Shown here: positions 8,770 to 17,913 of the stretch, one piece after another
Position numbering within the stretch: the first letter of the stretch is position 1
Layout of the letters: every line of letters begins with the position of its first letter
Virus record (IMG/VR): IMGVR_UViG_3300044960_000525
Span: 1-63,192 of that record
Strand: one strand, 5' to 3'
Source of the DNA: a virus
Lineage: Duplodnaviria; Caudoviricetes
DNA length: 63,192 nucleotides
Notes under the pieces: generated by a model
Seen by the model: only the letters and a program-made list of their open reading frames with translations
Database searches by the model: none
What the model was told of the DNA's origin: nothing
Position numbers and translations under genes: made by a program

Positions 8770-10298
8770 ACAAGCAATCACCAGTCGAGTTTCGAGAATT
8801 GGGCGTCACAGCCGTTCAAACGTCTTTTGGGACAATTTTCGATGAACGGTTGCCGAAATTGGTTGGCGTGCGCGGACGAGAGATTTATCGTCAAATGATG
8901 GATAACGATCCTGTTGTCGGCAGTATGATGTTGGCTGTTGAACAATCCATGCGATCAGTGAAATGGAAAGTGGACCCAGAAAATTCAACGGATGATGCGA
9001 AACGGGACGCTGAGTTTGTGTATCAAAACATGAACGATATGAGTCTCACGTGGCAAGATTTTATTACTGACGCCCTCTCCATGCTCGGGTACGGATGGTC
9101 CTATTTCGAGATACTCTACAAGCGTCGTGCGGGAGGCGACGAGGACGGTCCAGCGGAAATACGGTCTCGATACACCGACCGGCAAATTGGATGGAGAAAG
9201 TTTGCGATTCGGTCGCAGACGACACTAGACCATTGGGATTTGGACGATAAGGGTGGTCTTCGTGGCATGTATCAGCGAGACCCGAATACGGCGGCGCTGT
9301 ATTACATCCCAATTCAGAAATCTCTCCACTTCAAAACCAAACCGAGCGCAGGATCACCCGAAGGGCGGTCGCTTCTGCGAAATGCTTTTCGTCCGTGGTG
9401 GTTCAAAAAATATATTGAAGAAATCGAGGGGATTGGGGCTGAACGCGATCTCGCGGGGTTGCCGAAGATTATTGCTCCCAAAGGGGTAGATATTTTCAGC
9501 AAGCAGAATGAAAAATTGCTGTTTGCGTTGCAGGAACTCGTGAGAAACGTGCGTCAAGATAAATACGCGGGTATTATTCTTCCGGGAGAATATGAGTTTG
9601 AGTTAGTAGGATCGGCAGGCGCAAAGCAATTCGACACGAATCTGATTATTGCACGATACGATCAGCGAATTGCGATGACAATTCTCGCGCAGTTTATTTT
9701 GCTTGGGACAGAGCGCGTAGGATCGTATGCACTGGCCAGCCAGCAACGCGATTTGTTCACCACAGCCATCGAGGGATGGTTGTTGGTCCTCGAACAGGTT
9801 ATCAATAACTACGCGGTTGCGCGACTGATGCGCATCAACAATCGTCCGACTCGTCCGCTGATTACGCACGAGCCGGTGATTCAGCCGACGTTGCGTGAAC
9901 TGACGGATTCGTTGCGCGATCTCGATGAGCGCGGATACATTCTGCCGACCCTGGAGACAGAAAATGCGTTGCGTCGGAGGATGCTCTTGCCGCTTCGGTC
10001 GAACGACGATGACGAACGCGACGAGGAACGACCCCAGGACGTTGACAATGCGGTTGAGGAACTTCGGAGGGATGCGCTGGATGCATTTGACCGTTCGGAC
10101 AATGGGGTCCGTCTCAATGACTTGCTCCCGTATACGAAAGTGGTGAGAAAACTTGTCGAAGCCTTCGATAATGAAGATCGAGGAGTGACCCTCGCGCACA
10201 CGATGCGTGAAAAAGTGAAGCATGTCTTGCAACACAAGAACAAATTGAGCAAGCGCCAGATGCGGTCTCGACTCATGAAGGTCTTGAGCGAGGTGTGA
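8712..10298 (+). CDS. Portal protein (DUF935/Mu gp29-like)
   Basis: YRQMMDNDPVV, GWSYFEILYK, PEGRSLLR and ERDLAGLP motifs; follows TerL. Confidence 0.9.
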   Translation: MDGERRGGSSAVAKNPIHVNKQSPVEFRELGVTAVQTSFGTIFDERLPKLVGVRGREIYRQMMDNDPVVGSMMLAVEQSMRSVKWKVDPENSTDDAKRDAEFVYQNMNDMSLTWQDFITDALSMLGYGWSYFEILYKRRAGGDEDGPAEIRSRYTDRQIGWRKFAIRSQTTLDHWDLDDKGGLRGMYQRDPNTAALYYIPIQKSLHFKTKPSAGSPEGRSLLRNAFRPWWFKKYIEEIEGIGAERDLAGLPKIIAPKGVDIFSKQNEKLLFALQELVRNVRQDKYAGIILPGEYEFELVGSAGAKQFDTNLIIARYDQRIAMTILAQFILLGTERVGSYALASQQRDLFTTAIEGWLLVLEQVINNYAVARLMRINNRPTRPLITHEPVIQPTLRELTDSLRDLDERGYILPTLETENALRRRMLLPLRSNDDDERDEERPQDVDNAVEELRRDALDAFDRSDNGVRLNDLLPYTKVVRKLVEAFDNEDRGVTLAHTMREKVKHVLQHKNKLSKRQMRSRLMKVLSEV

Positions 10299-10299
10299 T

Positions 10300-10986
10300 A
10301 TGCCCACCCTAGAATACATGAATAAAATCATTCAACTGTCGCAGAAATATCTGCCTCCGTGGCTCTATAAAGAACTTCATTACGCTGCGCGAGCCTATGC
10401 GGGAGGAAAATTGCGTGGACGAAAGCGCAAAGAGACTATTCAGAAACCGTATGATTCGCTTCAGGAGTTGCCGGATGCGGTGAAAAACCTTCCGAAGAAA
10501 AAGCGTCGTCAGTGGATGCATGTCTTCAATTCCGTGTATGAGCGTGTGGGAGAACAGCGAGCGCACGCAGCCGCGTGGGCAGCGGTCAATAAAGAATCTG
10601 TTGTTGGGAATTTCAGGATTATCAAAGCAGACGATGAAAAACGACTGCTCTACGGGGTCGTGTATGCTCCTCTGGAAGTGGATACGCAAAAAGACTTTGC
10701 CGAAGCCGAAGAGATTGAAAAAGCCGCGCACCAATTTTTGATCTTGTATGGTCGTGGAGAAGCGTTCATTGATGAGGGCCATAATGACAAACGAGCAGAA
10801 GCGGAACCCGTTGAGTCCTTTATTGCGCCGGTGGAGTTTACCTACGACAATGCGTCTGAGCCGTGTCCCAAAGGGTCGTGGGTGCTCGTTACCCATTTCT
10901 TGACTGATCGGGCATGGAAGCGGGCCAAGGAAGAATACGCCGGGTATAGTATGGCGGGGAAAGGAAAGCGCGAGCGAGTGACTTGA
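10300..10986 (+). CDS. ChaB domain fused to XkdF-like putative prohead serine protease
   Basis: PYDSLQELPDAVKNLP...WMHVFNS...AHAAAWAAV (ChaB) then KADDEKRLLYGVVYAP...EIEKAAHQF...GYSMAG (XkdF-like). Confidence 0.8.
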   Translation: MPTLEYMNKIIQLSQKYLPPWLYKELHYAARAYAGGKLRGRKRKETIQKPYDSLQELPDAVKNLPKKKRRQWMHVFNSVYERVGEQRAHAAAWAAVNKESVVGNFRIIKADDEKRLLYGVVYAPLEVDTQKDFAEAEEIEKAAHQFLILYGRGEAFIDEGHNDKRAEAEPVESFIAPVEFTYDNASEPCPKGSWVLVTHFLTDRAWKRAKEEYAGYSMAGKGKRERVT

Positions 10987-11023
10987 CGTGTTCGACTATA
11001 CTAGCCTGTAGGGAGAGAGACTA

Positions 11024-11905
11024 ATGATTACTAAACTCAAAGACATGAAAATCAACCGCGTGTCCCTGGTTCGTCGTCCGGCGATTCGTCGCCAATTTGT
11101 GCTCCGAAAATCAGCGGAAGCGGATGATGAAATCCATGAACTCGTGAAAGCCCTCCATCATCATATTGAAGCGGTCACTGAACTTCTCGGCGGCGATGAA
11201 GACATGAAAAAGAAAATCGAGCAGGTCGCAACCATGATCGAGGATGGAGGCGATCAAGCGGTTAGTCGGTTGTCGGGATTTCTCTGGCAATTGCGCGATT
11301 TGAAAACGATGTTGGAGTCTACGCTCACCAAGGATACGAACGATGAGGACAAGGAGGAGCCAGGTATGGAGAAGGGTGCCGTGAAGGAGCCTGTGAAGGA
11401 CCAGACCCAGAATGGGACACCTGCGGAAGCGCATGTCACGAAAACGGAGGTCGAAGAACTGCTCAAGTCAGAGCGTGAGGCGCGTATGAGGGCTGAGGAG
11501 CGTCTCGCAAAGATGGAGGAAGAGCGGAAGCAGGAACGCTATCTCGCCAAGGCTGCGAGTTACAAGCACCTGAATATTCCCGTTGAAGACCTTGCCCGCA
11601 TGATTCGCACCATGGATGAAGCCAATATTGATTGGGCAACGCACTTTGATCGTCTTGAAAAAGAGGCCCAGGAGTCTAAACTCATCGCTGTTAGCGGGGT
11701 TGATGGAGAAGAGACCAGGACCGTGCAGGAGGGTGAGTCGCCCTTCATGGCTGAGGTGGAGAAGCGTGTTCGGGAGCGCATTGTCAAGGGGGACACCGAT
11801 AAGCCAGAGAAGATTCGCGTGAATGTAATCGAGACACTTCAGAAAGAGAATCCCGGATTGTATTTGGAGCACATTCGTATTGTGCGTCGGCGAGGGAGGG
11901 AGTAA
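11024..11905 (+). CDS. Capsid scaffold-like protein
   Basis: N-terminal LKDMKINRVSLVRRPA motif seen in XkdF-linked heads; charged coiled-coil; position in head module. Confidence 0.7.
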   Translation: MITKLKDMKINRVSLVRRPAIRRQFVLRKSAEADDEIHELVKALHHHIEAVTELLGGDEDMKKKIEQVATMIEDGGDQAVSRLSGFLWQLRDLKTMLESTLTKDTNDEDKEEPGMEKGAVKEPVKDQTQNGTPAEAHVTKTEVEELLKSEREARMRAEERLAKMEEERKQERYLAKAASYKHLNIPVEDLARMIRTMDEANIDWATHFDRLEKEAQESKLIAVSGVDGEETRTVQEGESPFMAEVEKRVRERIVKGDTDKPEKIRVNVIETLQKENPGLYLEHIRIVRRRGRE

Positions 11906-11908
11906 GTC

Positions 11909-12277
11909 ATGGCATATGAAGCACCTGCGCCATTTCGGTATTCTGGAATTGCTGGGGGAACGGTTGCCGCCTATCGGTTCTTGCAGGATGACGGCTCAGG
12001 TCGAGTGATTCATGCGACTGGTGAAGGACAGAATATCGCCGGGGTGTCGCAGATGGCGGGAACCCTCGATACGGCCATTGAAGTGTGGGGGCCCCCGTGT
12101 GTGGTGAAGATTACTGCGAGCGGGGCGCTGGCCGCGGGGACGAAGGTGGTTCCCACGGTCGATGGAAAGGCAGCGGCGGCAGGAGCCGCGGGGACAGAAT
12201 ATTGGGGATGGTTGCTCGAAGCCTCAACCGGCGATAATCAGTTGGTGACACTCATGTTCATTCCAGGAACGGTGTAA
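11909..12277 (+). CDS. Capsid cement/decoration protein (DUF2190-like)
   Basis: Small Ala/Gly-rich beta protein immediately before the major capsid gene. Confidence 0.7.
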   Translation: MAYEAPAPFRYSGIAGGTVAAYRFLQDDGSGRVIHATGEGQNIAGVSQMAGTLDTAIEVWGPPCVVKITASGALAAGTKVVPTVDGKAAAAGAAGTEYWGWLLEASTGDNQLVTLMFIPGTV

Positions 12278-12285
12278 GGGAGGGT

Positions 12286-13299
12286 ATGGTGATGCCGCTG
12301 ATTCGCAAAGCACAGCCTGATTTCCGAGAAGTGCATACGGATGAAGTGCTCACGAGTATCAGCGTGGCTTATCTTCCTGATCTCAATGCGGAGTTGATTT
12401 CGGGCTCCGCGTTCCCCGTGGTGTCGGTGCTTCGGGCCTCCGATAAGTACCGCGTGTACGACAAGGAAGACTTCAACAAGGCCCAGGCCCGCAAACGAGC
12501 GCCGGGAACGGAGTCGCATGGATCGGGCTATCGTGTCGGGTCCGATGTCTACTCAACAGAAGTCTTCGCGTTTCACAAAGATGTCGACGATTGGACACGT
12601 CCGAACGCTGATGGAGTGTTGGACCCAGATCGGGACGCTACGTTGTTGGTCACGCGATCCCTGTTGTTGACTCGGGAACTTGAATGGGTGAACAAGTTCT
12701 TCAAAACAGGAGTCTGGACGGGACAGGCCGATCAGACAGGGGTTGGCGCGAGTCCCGGAGCCAACCAGTTTCTTCAGTGGAACGATGCGGGGAGCGATCC
12801 AATCGCGGATATTCGTAAGGCGCGGTTGTCCATCAAGCGATCAACCGGATTTCGACCGAACACGCTCGTGCTCCAGGAGGAGGTATACGAAACGCTGCGG
12901 GAGCACCCGGATATTGTTGACCGCGTGAAATACACGCAGCGGGCGCTCGGCGATGCGTTGGGGGCGGATGTGCTTGCTGCGGCGCTCGGAGTGAGTCGGA
13001 TTCTTGTGCTCGGCACCGTTCACGCGACAGGGATCGAGCCAGGAGAATCCATGGGGTTCATGGCGGGCAAGCACGCATGGCTCGGGTATGTGGCCCCACG
13101 GCCCGGGTTGCTGGTTCCGTCAGCAGGGTACATTTTCTCCTGGCGTATCCCGAATGTGACACAGGGAGTCGATAATGTCGCCATCGAGCGGATTCGGATG
13201 CCTCATTTGAAGAGCGACCGCATCGAGGGCAATATGGCGTGGGACATGAAAGTCGTTGGTGCGGACCTGGGAGCGTTCTTCTCGACCTGTATCGCATAA
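12286..13299 (+). CDS. Major capsid protein (lambda gpE-like, HK97 fold)
   Basis: LTSISVAY, SDPIADI, TGFRPNTLVL, LREHPDI and PSAGYIF motifs; size and position. Confidence 0.9.
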   Translation: MVMPLIRKAQPDFREVHTDEVLTSISVAYLPDLNAELISGSAFPVVSVLRASDKYRVYDKEDFNKAQARKRAPGTESHGSGYRVGSDVYSTEVFAFHKDVDDWTRPNADGVLDPDRDATLLVTRSLLLTRELEWVNKFFKTGVWTGQADQTGVGASPGANQFLQWNDAGSDPIADIRKARLSIKRSTGFRPNTLVLQEEVYETLREHPDIVDRVKYTQRALGDALGADVLAAALGVSRILVLGTVHATGIEPGESMGFMAGKHAWLGYVAPRPGLLVPSAGYIFSWRIPNVTQGVDNVAIERIRMPHLKSDRIEGNMAWDMKVVGADLGAFFSTCIA

Positions 13300-13376
13300 A
13301 CGAACGTCCAAAGACATCATGGTGACGGTGAGGGCGTTATGCCCTCACTGCTCTCCATACTCAGGAGGGTGTCATC

Positions 13377-13805
13377 GTGGGTGCGCATCAAATCACAAAG
13401 TCACGTCGGCCAGTCGCGGGAGGGATTGTGCTTCCGCTGTATCACCATCTTGTCTATGTGTTTCCTACGAACGCGAGCCTTGTGGATGTGCATGGGTTTA
13501 TTGCCGATGATGACTATGAACTTGTTTCTGCGTCGGAAATTCATACCACAGCAGGCACTGATGCGGGGGCGGTGTCGCTCGACATCAAGAAATGCGTAGG
13601 CACAGAAGCCCCTGCATCGGGTGTAACGATGCTTACAAGTCCGTTTAACCTAAAAGCCACAACGCATACCGTACAACATGCGACGCTCACGACAACGGGA
13701 CAGCATCGTAAATTGACAAGAGGTGATCGTCTCGCCTTCGACTTTATTGGAACGCTCACTGCTGTTGCTGGTGTTACCGTACGAGTAACGCTCAAGCGTG
13801 TCTAA
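13377..13805 (+). CDS. Hypothetical virion protein
   Basis: GGAGG RBS before GTG; beta-rich; head module. Confidence 0.6.
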   Translation: MGAHQITKSRRPVAGGIVLPLYHHLVYVFPTNASLVDVHGFIADDDYELVSASEIHTTAGTDAGAVSLDIKKCVGTEAPASGVTMLTSPFNLKATTHTVQHATLTTTGQHRKLTRGDRLAFDFIGTLTAVAGVTVRVTLKRV

Positions 13806-13838
13806 AACACGCTCAACCCACAGAAGGGGTGATATGGA

Positions 13839-14081
13839 GTGAACACAAAGAAGAAAAAGAAGAAGCGTGTGCTCCGTCACATGGTCACGAAGCCTTCGGG
13901 GATTACGTGGGAAGGAACGCATTATGCGTATGGGCAACTCCTTCCCCGAAGCGTTGTCGCGCACCCCAAGTTTCCTGTGCTGCTTCGCATTGGATATATT
14001 GCAGCAGCCGATTCTCCTCTTCGCTATGAGCGACAAATCCATCTTACTGATGAGCCGATAACGCCAACGAAGAAGGAATAA
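13839..14081 (+). CDS. Hypothetical protein
   Basis: ORF in head-tail module. Confidence 0.55.
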   Translation: MNTKKKKKKRVLRHMVTKPSGITWEGTHYAYGQLLPRSVVAHPKFPVLLRIGYIAAADSPLRYERQIHLTDEPITPTKKE

Positions 14082-14085
14082 GTAG

Positions 14086-14514
14086 ATGTCTGTGCTTGGG
14101 GTCTGGGACTACAATCCTGATTTGTCGCGTCCACTGGATCGTCTTCGATTTGAAGTCGGAGACGTGTTCAGCACGCGACAACTGCTGTCGAATGAAGAAA
14201 TTACGTATTTGTTGACCGTATACGGAGACAGTGGCGACGGATTCCTTGAAGCCTGTGCGCAAGCGTGCGAGAAAATTGCCCATCGCGTTGCGGGTGATCC
14301 GAATTTTCAGCGTGGAAGTTGGCGTCAGGACCGCAACGCTGTTGTGCAAAATTATCTTGCGATGGCAGAGCGGTTTCGCTTGCGTCGCGGGAGCGGGGTT
14401 GTGTTTACCAGCACGACTCCATCCGTGAAACCGTATTTTGACGTGGGGATGCACGATTTCCCCAACACGCCCCCGACGATGAGTAGAGACGACGAACCGG
14501 ATTTCCGCCCATGA
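14086..14514 (+). CDS. Head-tail adaptor-like protein
   Basis: DRLRFEVGD...LLSNEEITYLL pattern; position. Confidence 0.7.
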   Translation: MSVLGVWDYNPDLSRPLDRLRFEVGDVFSTRQLLSNEEITYLLTVYGDSGDGFLEACAQACEKIAHRVAGDPNFQRGSWRQDRNAVVQNYLAMAERFRLRRGSGVVFTSTTPSVKPYFDVGMHDFPNTPPTMSRDDEPDFRP

Positions 14515-14864
14515 TTCTGTATGGGGTTCTCGAAAGCGAAATTACTCGATTCAACGTGTATCGGAAAACCGGGCACGCAGAAGATGTCGATAATCCCGTT
14601 GAACGGGACGTTCGCATTTTGGAAGGGATTCCCATGCTGGTGGAACCCCTGAATCCAGTATCGCCGTTCACGGTAACATTCCAGACCACGCACCGGATTC
14701 ATAGCGACTATCGAGACGATTTGCGGAGCGAAGATCGTTTGGTTGAATTGGATCATCGCGGACGAGAAACGTCCACGCGCTACACCATCAAATACATTCA
14801 CTCATTCAAACCGCATCATTTGGAACTCTATGTGGCGCTCGATTCTCAGCCGCTGGTGCTGTAA
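14511..14864 (+). CDS. Head-closure-like protein
   Basis: Position, size and C-terminal HHLEL. Confidence 0.55.
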   Translation: MILYGVLESEITRFNVYRKTGHAEDVDNPVERDVRILEGIPMLVEPLNPVSPFTVTFQTTHRIHSDYRDDLRSEDRLVELDHRGRETSTRYTIKYIHSFKPHHLELYVALDSQPLVL

Positions 14865-14867
14865 ATC

Positions 14868-15311
14868 ATGTTCGAGATCACTATCGAGGTCAATATGGAG
14901 TATCTCCACCAGCGTCTCCAGCGGGTGAGTCGGAGTCTTCGTGAAGAACTCGCTCGTCTCGTCACGGAAATCAGTGAAACGGGACTCGCGCGTATTCAGC
15001 GTATGCTCTCTGGTGAGCGGCTTCAACGGCGGTCAGGGCGTCTCTTCAGCGCATGGCACATTGTTCGTGAAACCGTATTGCGTGCGCGTATTCGTCCCGA
15101 TCCGCGGGTCCGATACGCGCTCATCCATGAAACAGGCGGTGTGATTGTTCCTCGGCGCGCTCCCTATTTGACCTTTCAAATTGATGGACGATGGGTGCGG
15201 ACGACACGAGTCGTGATTCCCGCACGGCACTATGTGCGCGATAGCATACGTGAATTGAAAATTGCACTCAACAATAAAGCCATTGTCGCCATTCGCCGGA
15301 TCATTGATTGA
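14868..15311 (+). CDS. Neck/tail-completion protein (HK97 gp10/morphogenesis-like)
   Basis: RRSGRL, YALIHETGG and IPARHY motifs. Confidence 0.75.
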   Translation: MFEITIEVNMEYLHQRLQRVSRSLREELARLVTEISETGLARIQRMLSGERLQRRSGRLFSAWHIVRETVLRARIRPDPRVRYALIHETGGVIVPRRAPYLTFQIDGRWVRTTRVVIPARHYVRDSIRELKIALNNKAIVAIRRIID

Positions 15312-15377
15312 GGAAAAATATGCGTCAGAGGCTCGTTGTTCCTCTGGGGGGGTATCGAGGACCGGGGTCCCCCTCCA

Positions 15378-15423
15378 GAATCGCTCCTAGGGGCTCCTGG
15401 AGGCTCTAGCGGGGCTTCTAGAA
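15378..15423 (+). repeat. Dispersed phased motif, copy C
   Basis: GAATCGCTCCTAGGGGCTCCTGGAGGCTCTAGCGGGGCTTCTAGAA, intergenic. Confidence 0.8.
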
Positions 15424-15435
15424 GGGGGTCTGGAC

Positions 15436-15903
15436 GTGCCCGCGACCGATTCGCTCTGGGTCCACGTCGAAGATCGGATTCGTGACATTGTGCGCACGGT
15501 GTTCCCAGACCAAACCTATGTGGTCGGGCAAACAGGCGCACGGGCCAAAGAATACGCGGAAGTGGGGAGTCCCCCCGACACCGTGATTACGCAACGATGG
15601 GTCACGATTTCAGGCGGACAATCACACCAGACCCTGTCGTATCTCGTACAGGTCGAGATCAATGTGCAGTACGATGACAAACAGCCCCATCTCACACGAT
15701 GGCGAGCGATGAATCTCACGCAACAGGTGATCAATGCGTGTTTTGAAGCCTGGAAACTCGACCCGTCAATGGGAAATACCGTGCTCATGCCGGAGGGAAT
15801 TCGGGTGACGGGGCCGCGGATGACAACGCCGCGAGAGACCGAACGCATTGATTGGACTGTTACAATGGTAATAGAACTAATGGGACGATTTTTCAACGTC
15901 TAA
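15436..15903 (+). CDS. Putative tail terminator
   Basis: Position before tail tube gene; size. Confidence 0.55.
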   Translation: MPATDSLWVHVEDRIRDIVRTVFPDQTYVVGQTGARAKEYAEVGSPPDTVITQRWVTISGGQSHQTLSYLVQVEINVQYDDKQPHLTRWRAMNLTQQVINACFEAWKLDPSMGNTVLMPEGIRVTGPRMTTPRETERIDWTVTMVIELMGRFFNV

Positions 15904-15932
15904 TCTAGACATGTTCAGGAAGGAGTAGGGCC

Positions 15933-17168
15933 ATGCCAATTGGATTGACAGGATTTTTGGGTGCAGGACGAGAGACGGTGTGGGGCACACCTGTGGCGGC
16001 GGTGCGGTATGCGCCGCTGATGAGCGAGAATCTCGATCCCGCGATTGAACATGTCGGACACGATAACGTGCTCGGATTTGGGGTGAGCCAGCAACAGTCC
16101 CCGGTATCCGGGCTCCGGACTGTCTCGGGAGAAATTGTGTTTCAGTCCCGTCCCGCATTTTTGGGAGATATGCTGCGGGCCCTGCTCAACAGCCCCATTT
16201 CCGCAGCACTGACCGTTGCCGATACCGGAGCATCACAGGATATCAGCGTCAACGCCACGACGCGGACCTTCACACGAGCGTCTGGAAGTTTTCTGACCGA
16301 CGGGTTCAAAATTGGACAGACCATTATTCCGAGCGGATACGTTGCGAGCGGGAACAACGCACCACGGGTGATTCATAGTGTCACCGCGAGCACCATTACT
16401 GTGGTCAATGGCGCGGGGCTCGTCACCGAAGCGGGAACAGGAAATGAACAGATCACCGCAAGTGCGGGTGGAATTCAGCACCTGTATCGTCCTCGCAATA
16501 CCCCCTTTGCGCCAGAAACCTGGTGTGCGCCGTACACGTTTGAGGTGTTCAAAGGGGTGGGGACCCAATCCCATCAGTTTCCTGGTGTGGTTGTCGATTC
16601 CATGGAGTTTCGATGGGGCGCGGGAAACCGACTCATGTCGGTGTCGATGAACACGATTGGGAAAGACCTTCCGACGTTCATCACGAAAACGACGCCTACG
16701 GTTGAAGACACGCTTCCCTTTGCGTGGAATCAGTGCTTCATCACGCTGCCTGATCCCACGCTGTTCAAGCAGTTTTCCGACTTGACGCTACGCATTACGT
16801 GGGGATTGCGCGCAGAATCTCTCATTGATGGAACCAGTGTCATTGGTGTGGTGATGCCGGATCAGTTGTTGTCGGTGGAACTCTCTGGAACCGCGTATCC
16901 CTTTACCACGGACGAATACCAGGAGTTTATTGCACAGTCGGAGCGTCCGGCGATCATCACCTTCGTGTCCGATGAGGTGATCGGAGCGACGAATCGGTAT
17001 CTCCTTCGTTTTTCCTTCCCCCGATTGCGCTACTCCGTCTATCGGTACGGTTTGCGAGGCGTCGGGCTCATTCAAGCGGAAATTACCGCACGGTCGTTCT
17101 ACAACGTTGCCACAACCCAGGGGTTCGAGGTTCTGTTGCAGAACGGCATCACGAGTTATGAAGCGTAA
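15933..17168 (+). CDS. Major tail tube protein with inserted beta domain
   Basis: GAGRETVWGTP N-terminus and FSFPRLRY...LQNGITSY C-terminus; insert FTRASGSFLTDGFKIGQ. Confidence 0.8.
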   Translation: MPIGLTGFLGAGRETVWGTPVAAVRYAPLMSENLDPAIEHVGHDNVLGFGVSQQQSPVSGLRTVSGEIVFQSRPAFLGDMLRALLNSPISAALTVADTGASQDISVNATTRTFTRASGSFLTDGFKIGQTIIPSGYVASGNNAPRVIHSVTASTITVVNGAGLVTEAGTGNEQITASAGGIQHLYRPRNTPFAPETWCAPYTFEVFKGVGTQSHQFPGVVVDSMEFRWGAGNRLMSVSMNTIGKDLPTFITKTTPTVEDTLPFAWNQCFITLPDPTLFKQFSDLTLRITWGLRAESLIDGTSVIGVVMPDQLLSVELSGTAYPFTTDEYQEFIAQSERPAIITFVSDEVIGATNRYLLRFSFPRLRYSVYRYGLRGVGLIQAEITARSFYNVATTQGFEVLLQNGITSYEA

Positions 17169-17197
17169 TTAAGCCCCATATCGGGTGTGACCGAAGC

Positions 17198-17227
17198 GGG
17201 AGAGTTGAGCACCAACTCTCCCCTTTT
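17198..17227 (+). terminator. Rho-independent terminator
   Basis: GGGAGAGTTG-AGCAC-CAACTCTCCC followed by TTTT. Confidence 0.8.
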
Positions 17228-17304
17228 GGTTTGAAGAGCAGGACAGGGCCTCTCTTGCGCGAACACCACCGATCACGTATGGTGAATTGAGGAGGGGGTT
17301 GAGG

Positions 17305-17775
17305 ATGACAACACGCGCACAGAAAATTCGTGAACGCACGATCAAGGTCGTGGTTTCTCCGCTCACAGGAATCGACTACGAAATTACCAAAATCATGTTT
17401 GAAGACTTGATCGCCGAATTGGGGGAGATTCCTCTCGATCTTTTTGGCATGTCTCCCAACGAGGCGGTAGACGAAGCCACGAGCGAAGAGCATCAGCGCG
17501 AACAGATGCGGTTCGTTTTTCAAAATATCCACAAGATCAAGGAATTTTATCGTGCTGTGCTCAAACTCGGGTGTCTCGACCCTCGTGTTGTTGAAGATGT
17601 TCGTGACCCTGACCACGAAATCACTCCCTCGATGCTCGGGGAAGACTATCAGTGGCTCATCAACGAGATCATGGAATACAGCGGGTATGTGGGAAAAGAG
17701 CCGCAACCCTCCGACGCCTTGCCGAAAGCGAATTCGGAAGAACTCTCGGGTACACCGCCGAACGGTTTGGCGTAG
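17305..17775 (+). CDS. Tail assembly chaperone (gpG-like)
   Basis: Between tail tube and tape measure; contains slippery site. Confidence 0.8.
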   Translation: MTTRAQKIRERTIKVVVSPLTGIDYEITKIMFEDLIAELGEIPLDLFGMSPNEAVDEATSEEHQREQMRFVFQNIHKIKEFYRAVLKLGCLDPRVVEDVRDPDHEITPSMLGEDYQWLINEIMEYSGYVGKEPQPSDALPKANSEELSGTPPNGLA

Positions 17776-17912
17776 CGCCAAGTGCGTTTATTCGCCGTTC
17801 AGTTGGTGATGTCTTGTATGACCTGTTCACGTTTCTCAATATGCGCCGCCATGAGCAACAGGAAGAACAGCGTCTGTCCGGTCCCAGACTAACGCTGCCA
17901 CGGAGATTGTGA
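17691..17912 (+). CDS. -1 frameshift extension of tail chaperone (gpGT-like)
   Basis: G GGA AAA heptamer at 17691-17697 in the gpG frame; the -1 frame stays open to 17912, just before the tape measure ATG. Confidence 0.8.
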   Translation, partial: GKRAATLRRLAESEFGRTLGYTAERFGVAPSAFIRRSVGDVLYDLFTFLNMRRHEQQEEQRLSGPRLTLPRRL

Positions 17913-17913
17913 G

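Noticed and set aside
2132-11000. TTGAC boxes at 2132, 6401 and 10983 with -10-like hexamers only 7-9 nt away
   Set aside because: The spacing is incompatible with sigma70, and three loose examples are too few to claim a new promoter class.
11494-11502. TGAGGAGCG in the scaffold gene matches spacer A of unit 1
   Set aside because: The adjacent sequence does not match spacer B in either order, and a single 9-mer hit is expected by chance in 63 kb.
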